Of a stretch of DNA of 64,000 nt, positions 1 to 8,024 are shown in pieces. Position numbers and translations under genes: made by a program. Position 1 is the first letter of the stretch, and each line of letters starts with the position of its first letter. The notes beneath the pieces are model-generated. The model saw nothing but the letters and a program-made list of their open reading frames with translations, was not told the origin of the DNA and did no database searches. The stretch is from an uncultured Gammaproteobacteria bacterium (lineage in GTDB: Bacteria; Patescibacteriota; Microgenomatia; UBA12405), in assembly GCA_964544275.1 (NCBI GenBank), contig CAZIZX010000001.1:196342-260341 (forward strand). The letters are read 5' to 3'.

Positions 1-1
1 C

Positions 2-523
2 CTTGGTCTTAATGGTTTACAAACCTTACTATCCCGATATTTTCCTAAATTAAAAAATATAAATCGGATCGAAGCCTATGACATATCAAATCTCGGATCC
101 AAATATTTTGTCGGTTCTATGGTTGTATTTTTCGAAAATCATATTGATATAAATCAATATAGAAAATTTAAAATATATTCCAAAAACACTCCCGATGATC
201 AATTCATGATCAAAGAAATTATCTGGCGCCGGCTCAAACATTTTGATTGGACTTACCCTGACATCATCCTTGTTGATGGTGGTAAACCTCAGGTTAGCGC
301 CGCTAACTCAGTTTTATCTCTCCAATCTCAGAAAAACATTGCCCTCATTGGTTTAGCTAAAAAACAGGAAACCGTCGTTATCAAAACCCTGGAATCTTTT
401 ATCGAGGTCAATCTTCCACCTAATTCCGAAACGCTAAAACTGCTTCAAAAACTCAGAGACGAAGCCCACCGTTTTGCCAATAATTACCGGCGCCAACTCC
501 AAAACAAAGTCTTACGAAGCTAA
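2..523 (+). CDS. uvrC: Excinuclease ABC subunit C, 3' part (RNase H-like endonuclease domain); runs off the window start
   Basis: Frame is open from base 2 (LGLNG...RIEAYDISN...GSMVVF). Motifs YRKFKI, PDIILVDGGKPQ, IGLAK and LRDEAHRFA. No C-terminal HhH domain. Confidence 0.9.
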   Translation, partial: LGLNGLQTLLSRYFPKLKNINRIEAYDISNLGSKYFVGSMVVFFENHIDINQYRKFKIYSKNTPDDQFMIKEIIWRRLKHFDWTYPDIILVDGGKPQVSAANSVLSLQSQKNIALIGLAKKQETVVIKTLESFIEVNLPPNSETLKLLQKLRDEAHRFANNYRRQLQNKVLRS

Positions 524-1660
524 CCAGTCACTCATCTGCCTTAACCCCTCTCTGGCCTGGGTATTTTCATCAAAGTACTTTCTGGCCGGTTCCAGTTTTT
601 CTATCAACCAATCCATCAGCGCATTTTTTAAATCTAAAGGAAACAACTTTCCGTTTTTATAATCAGTTATTAGAGAATCAGTCTCGGTGTAAACAATACT
701 ACCTCCGTACCGCTCTGGCCTGTTAACAATAAAGTTACCGCCTTTTTCGCCCCAAAATACCAAAGTTTCCACCCAGTTAATCAAAGGGTTTAACACAATA
801 TCCTCCGGAGGTCCATAGGCCTTTTTTATTTTCTCTCTTATCATGTCTGGCGTGTCGTGTACAAATATAGCACTGCCCGGCTTTGACTTACTCATCTTCA
901 AATCAACGGCTGCCTCCTCTGTATTTTGGCTCTTATCTACTTTTTCCGGTCCACTCAAACCCGCTATCAAATTATGATGGACAGCCACAGGAGAAATTAT
1001 CTCTCCCTTACCGTTCTTCAAAGGATTAATTTTTAATTTAGAAGCCACCTGTCTGGCCACCACATGGGCTTTTCTCTGGTCCATACCTGCATGTGCCAGA
1101 TTAACTTTCATGGTAAAAATATCGGCCACCTGGAGTGGGGGATAAAATAACGTTGCCATCTCCACGTCAGTTCCTTTATTTTTACCCATTATGGAAATCG
1201 ATCTCATATTTCTTGACAAAGTAACATGCTTACCCACTTCCATAAACGTTTCCCAATGAGTCAAGTTATTTTCGTATAAATCTTTACCGTTAATAAATTC
1301 TATTTGATTGCTGTCAACCCCCCAGCATTTTAGGGACGCAATCAATCCTTCCTTGAAATAATTTTCCGTTGCCCACCGGATTCTTTCCCAATCACCGCCC
1401 AGTTTGTTATTCAAATAGGAATGAAAATCGGCCAAAAATATTCTACACTTAACACCGGCTAATAAAAAATCACGAATTTTCCCCATCGATACCAGCCCTG
1501 TTCCTAAATGCACCATCCCCGAAATCTCAAAACCTATATAATGGCTCAGTTGAGTACCACTGTCTATCAACTGCCCTAAATCTTCTTCTGTTAATATTTC
1601 CTGGCAATTTCTGGAAATTAGTTTGATTTTTTCTTCTTTAGACAAGAGCTTTTTATCCAT
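512..1660 (-). CDS. tyrS: Tyrosine--tRNA ligase, archaeal type
   Basis: HYIGFEISG.VHLGTG (HIGH equivalent), YPPLQVADIF, AHAGMDQRKAH, KMSKS. 382 aa with no bacterial S4 domain. Confidence 0.92.
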   Translation of the reverse strand: MDKKLLSKEEKIKLISRNCQEILTEEDLGQLIDSGTQLSHYIGFEISGMVHLGTGLVSMGKIRDFLLAGVKCRIFLADFHSYLNNKLGGDWERIRWATENYFKEGLIASLKCWGVDSNQIEFINGKDLYENNLTHWETFMEVGKHVTLSRNMRSISIMGKNKGTDVEMATLFYPPLQVADIFTMKVNLAHAGMDQRKAHVVARQVASKLKINPLKNGKGEIISPVAVHHNLIAGLSGPEKVDKSQNTEEAAVDLKMSKSKPGSAIFVHDTPDMIREKIKKAYGPPEDIVLNPLINWVETLVFWGEKGGNFIVNRPERYGGSIVYTETDSLITDYKNGKLFPLDLKNALMDWLIEKLEPARKYFDENTQAREGLRQMSDWLAS

Positions 1661-1672
1661 AAACCCATTATA

Positions 1673-3121
1673 TCAACTAAGTAATTCCTTGGCGTAGACA
1701 ACCTTTCGGATATGTTCCTTCGCCCATTGCGTCTTGACCAGATCCAACCAGTTTTTGTTGACATTCAGTCTTTTGCTCAGAAGAATCTCAATCATATCCC
1801 CGGTAACCAAGACCGTATCAATTTTTTTCATTTTTTTGTTAATAATTACCCCGTTACACCGGTCCCCGATATCAGTATGAATTCTGTAGGCAAAATCTAA
1901 TGCCGTACTCCCGGCTGGCAGTTGTATTGTGTCTCCTTTGGGCGTGAACACATAAATATAGTTTTTTAATACATTTATTTGATAGTTCTTAACCTCATCA
2001 TCCTTTATTTGCCATTTGATCAAATCTTTTACCCAGGATAATGACATGTTCTCATACGTGCCTTTGTTCAACTTATAAACTATATGTGAAGCCGGACCAA
2101 ATTCATTAAATTCGTGCATTTCTTTCGTCCGAATTTGAACTTCCACCGTCAACCTATCCTTCCAAATTAATGTTGTCTGAATCGATCTGTAACCGTTGGG
2201 TTTTGGTGCTGAAATATAATCATCGAACTCATCAGCCAAATATTTATACCTGGAATGAAGCAATCCCAATATCGTATAACAATCCTCTACTTTTTCCGCA
2301 ATTACTCTGATACCTACCCGGTCTTTTACTCTGTCATAACCCTTTCTTTTTGCCTTAAGGTAAGTACTGTATAAACTTTTTATCCTGCCCTCAACCAGAC
2401 AATCATTAATTTTATTTGCTCTAAGCATTCTCCCCAAATCAGCCTTTACCATAGCCAGAGCTTTTAGTTCGTACCTCTTTCTTCCCCTGAGTTCTACCTC
2501 TAGCTTTAAAGCTTCTTCTGGATAAAGAATTTTAAAGGCGATGTCTTCCAGAAGCCTTTTAAAATAATGCAATCCCACATATTCAGCAATCGGACTATAT
2601 ATCCCAAAAACCCTTTTGGCATACTTAATCTGCCTTTCTTTAGGTAAAGATTCTATTGTCAATCCGTTATGTAGCTTATCCACGATTCTGACAATTAGAA
2701 CCCGAACATCATCTACTGAAGAAAACAAAAATTTTCTAAATACTTCAATGCTGGTCTGATGTACTTCTATTCCTCGAGTTCTGTTTCTAACTTCCGTCAA
2801 ACCATTAACCAATAAGCCCACTTCATCTCCAAATTCTTTGGCTACATCGTCCAGTGTAGTATTTGTATCCTCAATAACATCATGCAGCAATGCCGCAAAT
2901 ACAGCTTTATGCCCTATCCCTAATTGAGTCACCACCTTGGCTACCCAAAAAGGATGGCAGAAAAAGTCTTCTCCTGACACTCTTTTTTGGCCCTCATGTG
3001 CTTTTTTGGCAAAGTCATAGCATTTTTTTACATCTTCAACCACTAATCCGGTATCTTTGGAATACTTTTCCAATGTCCGCCAATCATAATTTCCTTTATC
3101 TAGCGACAAATCTAGTGCCAT
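1673..3121 (-). CDS. relA: RelA/SpoT family (p)ppGpp synthetase/hydrolase (HD + synthetase + TGS; no ACT domain)
   Basis: AHEGQKRVSGE, LLHDVIEDT, GRIKSLYS, EFDDYISAPKPNGY, EVQIRT, YVFTPKG..DFAYRIHTDIG. Confidence 0.92.
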   Translation of the reverse strand: MALDLSLDKGNYDWRTLEKYSKDTGLVVEDVKKCYDFAKKAHEGQKRVSGEDFFCHPFWVAKVVTQLGIGHKAVFAALLHDVIEDTNTTLDDVAKEFGDEVGLLVNGLTEVRNRTRGIEVHQTSIEVFRKFLFSSVDDVRVLIVRIVDKLHNGLTIESLPKERQIKYAKRVFGIYSPIAEYVGLHYFKRLLEDIAFKILYPEEALKLEVELRGRKRYELKALAMVKADLGRMLRANKINDCLVEGRIKSLYSTYLKAKRKGYDRVKDRVGIRVIAEKVEDCYTILGLLHSRYKYLADEFDDYISAPKPNGYRSIQTTLIWKDRLTVEVQIRTKEMHEFNEFGPASHIVYKLNKGTYENMSLSWVKDLIKWQIKDDEVKNYQINVLKNYIYVFTPKGDTIQLPAGSTALDFAYRIHTDIGDRCNGVIINKKMKKIDTVLVTGDMIEILLSKRLNVNKNWLDLVKTQWAKEHIRKVVYAKELLS

Positions 3122-3123
3122 AA

Positions 3124-3834
3124 TCAGTTAAGTAATTTACCAAAAACCAGCAGTCTTTTCCAGTCCGTACCTATCGGCCAACACGTTTGTAATATCAGCA
3201 TCTCCTTGTCTGCTTCTCTGTATTCTAAATATTTTATTTCAGAAGCGGCAACTACCTTTTTGCTAAATACCTCATAAATAAAAACCCGCCCTCCATACTT
3301 AACATGCACCTTGTCTCCAGGCGCCAGTTCCCCCAGTAAATAGAAGACTGAATTTTTCCTTGCCATATTAATACCTTGTTCAGTTGAATGAGCAAATATA
3401 TAAACAGAATTACCTGGCCCTGAACCGGGCTTATCTGACAATTCAGAATGTGCCACCCTGTTGTCAGACAGAATACTTAAATACTCATTCGGGTTATATG
3501 GCGATACGTCAGCCGCGATATCAGCAGCCGCTAATATTTTTGGTATTTGAATTCGAAACTCTTTATCCTGTTCTTCTTCCTCAACTTCTTCCAAAAATAC
3601 TTCAGCTGTTTCAGCCGAAACATTTTCCGTCGGAGCTTTAAGCTTGTAGTTAACAATAGCCAAAGACAACGGATAATACAAATAAACTAAATAAACCAAA
3701 CATCCCACCAACACTCCATTGCCAAAATAAAATATCTTTCTTCTAAAACCAGCCGGATTACTGAACAGCACCCCCTTTTTTCTCTTTAATTTTATACTCC
3801 TTTTTCTGGGTGTTATTCTAAAAAATTCAAACAT
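3124..3834 (-). CDS. Sortase family transpeptidase
   Basis: N-terminal TM helix, IQIPKI, catalytic triad context IFAHS / LQTCWP / WKRLLV. Confidence 0.85.
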   Translation of the reverse strand: MFEFFRITPRKRSIKLKRKKGVLFSNPAGFRRKIFYFGNGVLVGCLVYLVYLYYPLSLAIVNYKLKAPTENVSAETAEVFLEEVEEEEQDKEFRIQIPKILAAADIAADVSPYNPNEYLSILSDNRVAHSELSDKPGSGPGNSVYIFAHSTEQGINMARKNSVFYLLGELAPGDKVHVKYGGRVFIYEVFSKKVVAASEIKYLEYREADKEMLILQTCWPIGTDWKRLLVFGKLLN

Positions 3835-3868
3835 TTATTAATTTTACTTGAAATTTATAAATTATTGG

Positions 3869-3897
3869 TTGACAAAAAATTATTATTGCTATATAAA
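3869..3897 (+). promoter_or_regulatory. Sigma70-type promoter upstream of the greA leader
   Basis: TTGACA (3869-3874), 17 bp spacer, TATAAA (3892-3897). Confidence 0.65.
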
Positions 3898-3906
3898 TAC
3901 AAAACC

Positions 3907-3975
3907 ATGGCAACAATAAATGATAAATATACCGTAAACTTTGCCATAATCAAGCGCCTCTCCATTAAGTATTGA
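3907..3975 (+). CDS. Putative 22-aa leader peptide (MATINDKYTVNFAIIKRLSIKY)
   Basis: ATG 9 nt after the -10 box, TGA at 3973-3975, overlaps the 5' arm of a hairpin. Too short for the ORF track. Confidence 0.4.
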   Translation: MATINDKYTVNFAIIKRLSIKY

Positions 3976-4026
3976 TCGGGTATTTATCCGTTACATACCC
4001 CATCAACTCATTCGAGAGGTCTTTTT
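3956..4026 (+). terminator. Long hairpin plus U-tract (putative attenuator) in the greA 5' leader
   Basis: GCCTCTC (3956-62) pairs with GAGAGGT (4014-20). Inner stem TTGAT-C-GGGTAT (3972-83) pairs with ATACCC-C-ATCAA (3995-4006). Followed by CTTTTT. Confidence 0.55.
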
Positions 4027-4056
4027 ATATATAAAGTTAATATTATTAAAAAATAT

Positions 4057-4518
4057 ATGAACAACAAAGTATTGATGACCCAGGAGGGTTACAATCGTCT
4101 GGCCACCGAGCTTTATGAACTCAAAGTCAGACGTGATCGGTTAGTTACCCAAATTGAAGAAGTCGCCCAGCCTGACGAGTCGGGTGAAGATGGCTTAGCT
4201 ACTCAGCTCAAAGAAGAGCTTGAAGTGGTTAGCGAAAAAATTGACCATCTTGAAGAAGCCCTGGAAACTTCCGAAATAATTTCCGGTAAGCAAACTTTTG
4301 ATTCAGTTCAGGTTGGCTCCAAAGTTACCATCAATATCTCCGGCAACACCAAAAAAGAATTTTTCATCGTTAGCCACCTGGAAGCCAACCCTCTGGAAAA
4401 CAAAATATCTGACAAATCACCTTTGGGGGTGGCGCTTTTAGGTAAGAAAATAAATGACGAAGTTGAAGTCCAGGCTCCGGTGGGCAAACTTGCCTACAAA
4501 ATCGTCTCTATTGTCTAG
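4057..4518 (+). CDS. greA: GreA/GreB family transcription elongation factor (non-canonical acidic tip)
   Basis: MTQEGY..L..EL N-terminus, coiled coil, VQVGSKV, EANP...KISDKSPLGVALLGK, VQAPVG. Confidence 0.85.
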   Translation: MNNKVLMTQEGYNRLATELYELKVRRDRLVTQIEEVAQPDESGEDGLATQLKEELEVVSEKIDHLEEALETSEIISGKQTFDSVQVGSKVTINISGNTKKEFFIVSHLEANPLENKISDKSPLGVALLGKKINDEVEVQAPVGKLAYKIVSIV

Positions 4519-4536
4519 TCTGATGTAAAATAAACC

Positions 4537-6039
4537 ATGACCAACACCCAATCTTTAAGCACTTTAAGTCAGCAAAGGCTGGACAAATTAATAAAGCTTA
4601 AATCTCTCAAAGGGATTTCCTATCCCCAACCTAATCTCAAAGATAAAAACACTATCAATGAAGCTCTTTCCCTTCTGGACAAAAACGTAGTTATCGCTGG
4701 TCGTCTTATGTCTCTTCGGGGTCACGGTCGTATTCTGTTTGCTGATATTGTCGACAGAACCGGCAGGATCCAAATATTCTTTCAGGAAAAAATTTTAGGC
4801 AAAGAACTGATGAAAGAAACTAAGTTATTAGATATTGGCGATATCGTTGCCGTCAGCGGGACGGTTTTTACCACTCAAGCCGGTGAAATTACTATCAACG
4901 TCTCCTCTTTTCAAATTCTGGCCAAAAATCTTCGCCCCTTACCCGAAAAATGGCACGGCCTTAGGGATGTCGAAGATCGATATCGACAACGTTATGTTGA
5001 TTTAATCGTTAATCCTGACGTCAAAAAAGTCTTTGAAACCAGGACCAAAGTCCTATCCGAAATGAGAAAATTTTTGGATGATCACGGCTTCCTGGAAGTC
5101 GAAACCCCCATTCTCCAATCTATCTATGGCGGCGCCTCCGCCAAGCCCTTTGTCACCCGCCACAATACTCTCGATATGGATATGTACCTAAGGATTTCTG
5201 ACGAACTTTATCTCAAAAGGTTGATAGTTGGCGGCTTAGAGAAAGTTTACGAAGTCAGTCGTGACTTCAGAAACGAAGGTGTTTCTCGCTTTCACAACCC
5301 AGAATTTACCCAGATTGAGTTTTATTGGGCTTACGTTGATTACGATCAGTTAATGAAATTCACCGAAAAGCTTGTTACCCACATTATCAAACTCGTCAAA
5401 GGTTCTTTCTTATTTAATTTCCAAGGGACACGATTAGATTTTACTCCACCGTTTAAAAGAGTTACTTTCCGTGATGTCATCCTGGAACAAACTCAAATTG
5501 ACATCGATAACATCAAAACTGAAGACCAGTTTGACTCTGTCATCAAAGCCCAAAAAATAAAATTAGACATGAGCGGTGTTTATGGTTTGGGTCCGCGCTT
5601 TGACGCTCTTTACAAACAACATGTCCGCGCTTCCATCATTCAACCCACCTTTGTTACTGACTATCCGGCCTCAATGATTGCCTTGGCCAAAAGAAAAGAA
5701 GACAACCCGGAACAAATAGCCTCATTTCAATTACTTGCTGCCGGTACTGAGCTACTCAAAGCCTACAACGAGCTCAATGACCCCCACGATCAGTATCAAC
5801 GTTGGCTGGAAGAAGAAACTTTAGCTGAAAAAGGATTGGAAGATGCCATGCAGCTAGACAAAGATTACATTCGTGCCCTGGAATACGGTATGCCTCCAAC
5901 TGCCGGCTGGGGCATGGGTATTGACCGATTTACTCAATTCCTGACTGATCAACCTACCGTCAAAGACACTATTCTATTTCCAGCCATGCGTCATGAAGAA
6001 ATTGATTTAATTGTTGATAAGTTCAGCGATGCCAAATAG
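4537..6039 (+). CDS. lysS: Lysine--tRNA ligase (class II)
   Basis: AGRLMSLRGHG OB fold, LPEKWHGL, RYRQRYVDL, FRNEG, HNPEFT, YGMPPTAGWGMGIDR. Confidence 0.97.
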   Translation: MTNTQSLSTLSQQRLDKLIKLKSLKGISYPQPNLKDKNTINEALSLLDKNVVIAGRLMSLRGHGRILFADIVDRTGRIQIFFQEKILGKELMKETKLLDIGDIVAVSGTVFTTQAGEITINVSSFQILAKNLRPLPEKWHGLRDVEDRYRQRYVDLIVNPDVKKVFETRTKVLSEMRKFLDDHGFLEVETPILQSIYGGASAKPFVTRHNTLDMDMYLRISDELYLKRLIVGGLEKVYEVSRDFRNEGVSRFHNPEFTQIEFYWAYVDYDQLMKFTEKLVTHIIKLVKGSFLFNFQGTRLDFTPPFKRVTFRDVILEQTQIDIDNIKTEDQFDSVIKAQKIKLDMSGVYGLGPRFDALYKQHVRASIIQPTFVTDYPASMIALAKRKEDNPEQIASFQLLAAGTELLKAYNELNDPHDQYQRWLEEETLAEKGLEDAMQLDKDYIRALEYGMPPTAGWGMGIDRFTQFLTDQPTVKDTILFPAMRHEEIDLIVDKFSDAK

Positions 6040-6622
6040 GCAGGATTACCTTGAGGTTGTCAAGTTTTCCTTGGAGAAAAATATTTTCTATCACTCTTTG
6101 GCCCTCGAAGCCTGTATGCTGGGTATCTACGACTATCTTCAATCTCAAAACCAATTAAAAGCTAACCAGCCCAACCGCCAAGAGTGGGGCCTGGCCGGTC
6201 TGATTCACGATATCGACTATACCGCTGAGTTCAAGCAAGACCACCCCAACAAAACTCGTCAAGCTTTAGCCAAATATGACCTGGATCTTTCTGACACTGT
6301 CGATCAAATCGTCAAGGCCCACGCACCCGAATTGACAGGAGTGCCCACCCAATCCCAAGCTCAATGGGCCATATTCTGTGCCGACAGCCTTACAGGTCTT
6401 ATTGTTGCTACCGCGCTCGTCTACCCCAGCAAGAAACTGTCCGATGTCAAAACTTCCTCAATACTAAAACGCTTTCTCAAAGAACCCCGTTTTGCTGCTG
6501 GCACCAGACGTCAGGATGTAATTCTTTGTCAAAAACCTGAAGGTCTTAACATCCCCCTTCCAGATTTTATCGAAATTTGTCTAAACTCGATGAAGTCAAT
6601 AGCCAAAAATATTGAACTTTAA
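6029..6622 (+). CDS. HD-superfamily predicted hydrolase (COG2316-like)
   Basis: HSLALEA, GLIHDIDY, AH, ADSLTGLI, RFAAGTRRQD. Start moved to ATG 6029 (track has TTG 6011); TAAGTT box 5 nt upstream; overlaps the lysS end. Confidence 0.8.
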   Translation: MPNRQDYLEVVKFSLEKNIFYHSLALEACMLGIYDYLQSQNQLKANQPNRQEWGLAGLIHDIDYTAEFKQDHPNKTRQALAKYDLDLSDTVDQIVKAHAPELTGVPTQSQAQWAIFCADSLTGLIVATALVYPSKKLSDVKTSSILKRFLKEPRFAAGTRRQDVILCQKPEGLNIPLPDFIEICLNSMKSIAKNIEL

Positions 6623-6681
6623 TCAATTTGCGGCAATATTTCGATAATAAATAATTTTTAATTTGATAAAATAGACCAACG

Positions 6682-7944
6682 ATGATTGATATTAATCTTT
6701 TGCGCAACCAGCCTGACGTGGTCAAACAAAGCCTCGAAAATAGACAAAAAGATCCTTATTTAGTCGATAAAATAATCGCAATTGACAGTGACAGAAAAGC
6801 AGTTATCGCTCAGGTCGAAACACTAAGAGCTCAACAGAACAACATTAGTCGACAAATAAAAAACAAACCCACCCCTGACCAGATTAAAGCAGCTTCCCAA
6901 ATCAAAGACCAACTCAAACTTCTCGAAGGCCAACTTAATAATCACCAGGTCTCATTAGATACGCTTCTCGAAGAAATTCCCAACATTCCTTCTGATGATA
7001 CACCGATTGGCAAAGATGACCGCGACAATATCGTTATCAAAACCGTTGGTAATCCTACTAAATTTGATTTTCAGCCTTTAGATCACATTGATTTGGGCGA
7101 AAATCTTGATCTTATTGACACCAAACGTGCCGCCAAAGTTTCCGGATCCCGCTTTGGTTACTTCAAAAACCAGGCTGCAATCCTGGAAATGGCTATTATG
7201 TTTTATGCCTTCCAGAAACTAGCCCACAAAGGCTGGCACGGCATGATTCCTCCGGCCATGATCAAAGGTGAAAGCGAGTGGAAAATGGGTTATAACAGCA
7301 ATAAAAACCTTTTTAATGCCTACTATTCTATTCCGGAAGACGATTTAATTTTCATTTCCAGTTCTGAACATTCTGTGGTCCCATATCACATGGACGAGAT
7401 TTTAGAAGCGTCGGACTTACCTCTCAAATATGTCAACTTCTCTCCCTGCTTCCGTCGCGAAGCCGGTACTTACGGCAAAGATACCCGGGGATTATTTCGG
7501 GTTCATTTCTTCAACAAAGTTGAAATGAACGTTTTTACCCTTCCTGACCTAGAAATTTCCGACAATATGGCTCTGGAAATGCTCCAAAACGAAGAAGAAT
7601 TAATGCAGGAATTGGAATTGCCTTATCAAGTCGTCAAATGTTGCACCGGCGATCTGCCTCAACCAAACCGTCGGATGTACGATGTCAATACCTGGTTCCC
7701 GGGTCAAAATACCTACCGCGAGACCCAATCCTGTAGTAACTGCACCGACTACCAAGCCAGACGTCTTAATACTAAAGTCAAGATAGACGGTAAAAACGAA
7801 TTTGTTCATATCCTCAACGCCACCTTGATTACCGATCGTGCTGTTTTGGCTATTATGGAAAACCAACAACAAGCTGATGGCAGTATCAAAATCCCCAAGG
7901 TCCTTCATCCTTTTACTAATTTCACTTCCATTACCAAACCCTAA
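6682..7944 (+). CDS. serS: Serine--tRNA ligase
   Basis: MIDINLLR, N-terminal coiled coil, AAKVSGSRF, CFRREAGTYGKDTRGLFRVH, SCSNCTDYQARRL. Confidence 0.97.
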   Translation: MIDINLLRNQPDVVKQSLENRQKDPYLVDKIIAIDSDRKAVIAQVETLRAQQNNISRQIKNKPTPDQIKAASQIKDQLKLLEGQLNNHQVSLDTLLEEIPNIPSDDTPIGKDDRDNIVIKTVGNPTKFDFQPLDHIDLGENLDLIDTKRAAKVSGSRFGYFKNQAAILEMAIMFYAFQKLAHKGWHGMIPPAMIKGESEWKMGYNSNKNLFNAYYSIPEDDLIFISSSEHSVVPYHMDEILEASDLPLKYVNFSPCFRREAGTYGKDTRGLFRVHFFNKVEMNVFTLPDLEISDNMALEMLQNEEELMQELELPYQVVKCCTGDLPQPNRRMYDVNTWFPGQNTYRETQSCSNCTDYQARRLNTKVKIDGKNEFVHILNATLITDRAVLAIMENQQQADGSIKIPKVLHPFTNFTSITKP

Positions 7945-7963
7945 AAAGCTTAGAGGAGCCACC

Positions 7964-8009
7964 CCATGCCCCGTACTCTTTACTGAGTATCGGGGCATGG
8001 TCTTTTTTT
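7964..8009 (+). terminator. Intrinsic terminator after serS
   Basis: CCATGCCCCG-TACTC / GAGTA-T-CGGGGCATGG stem (15 bp, one bulge), then TCTTTTTTT. Confidence 0.8.
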
Positions 8010-8024
8010 GTATAATATACCGAT

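Noticed and set aside
3900-4056. T-box or lysine riboswitch ahead of greA-lysS
   Set aside because: No T-box consensus (AAGGTGGTACC-like) seen, and the leader is too short and AT-rich for a lysine riboswitch.
6011-6039. lysS-HD fusion by programmed frameshift
   Set aside because: No slippery site seen; the HD gene has its own ATG (6029) with a -10-like box, and LysRS is complete.
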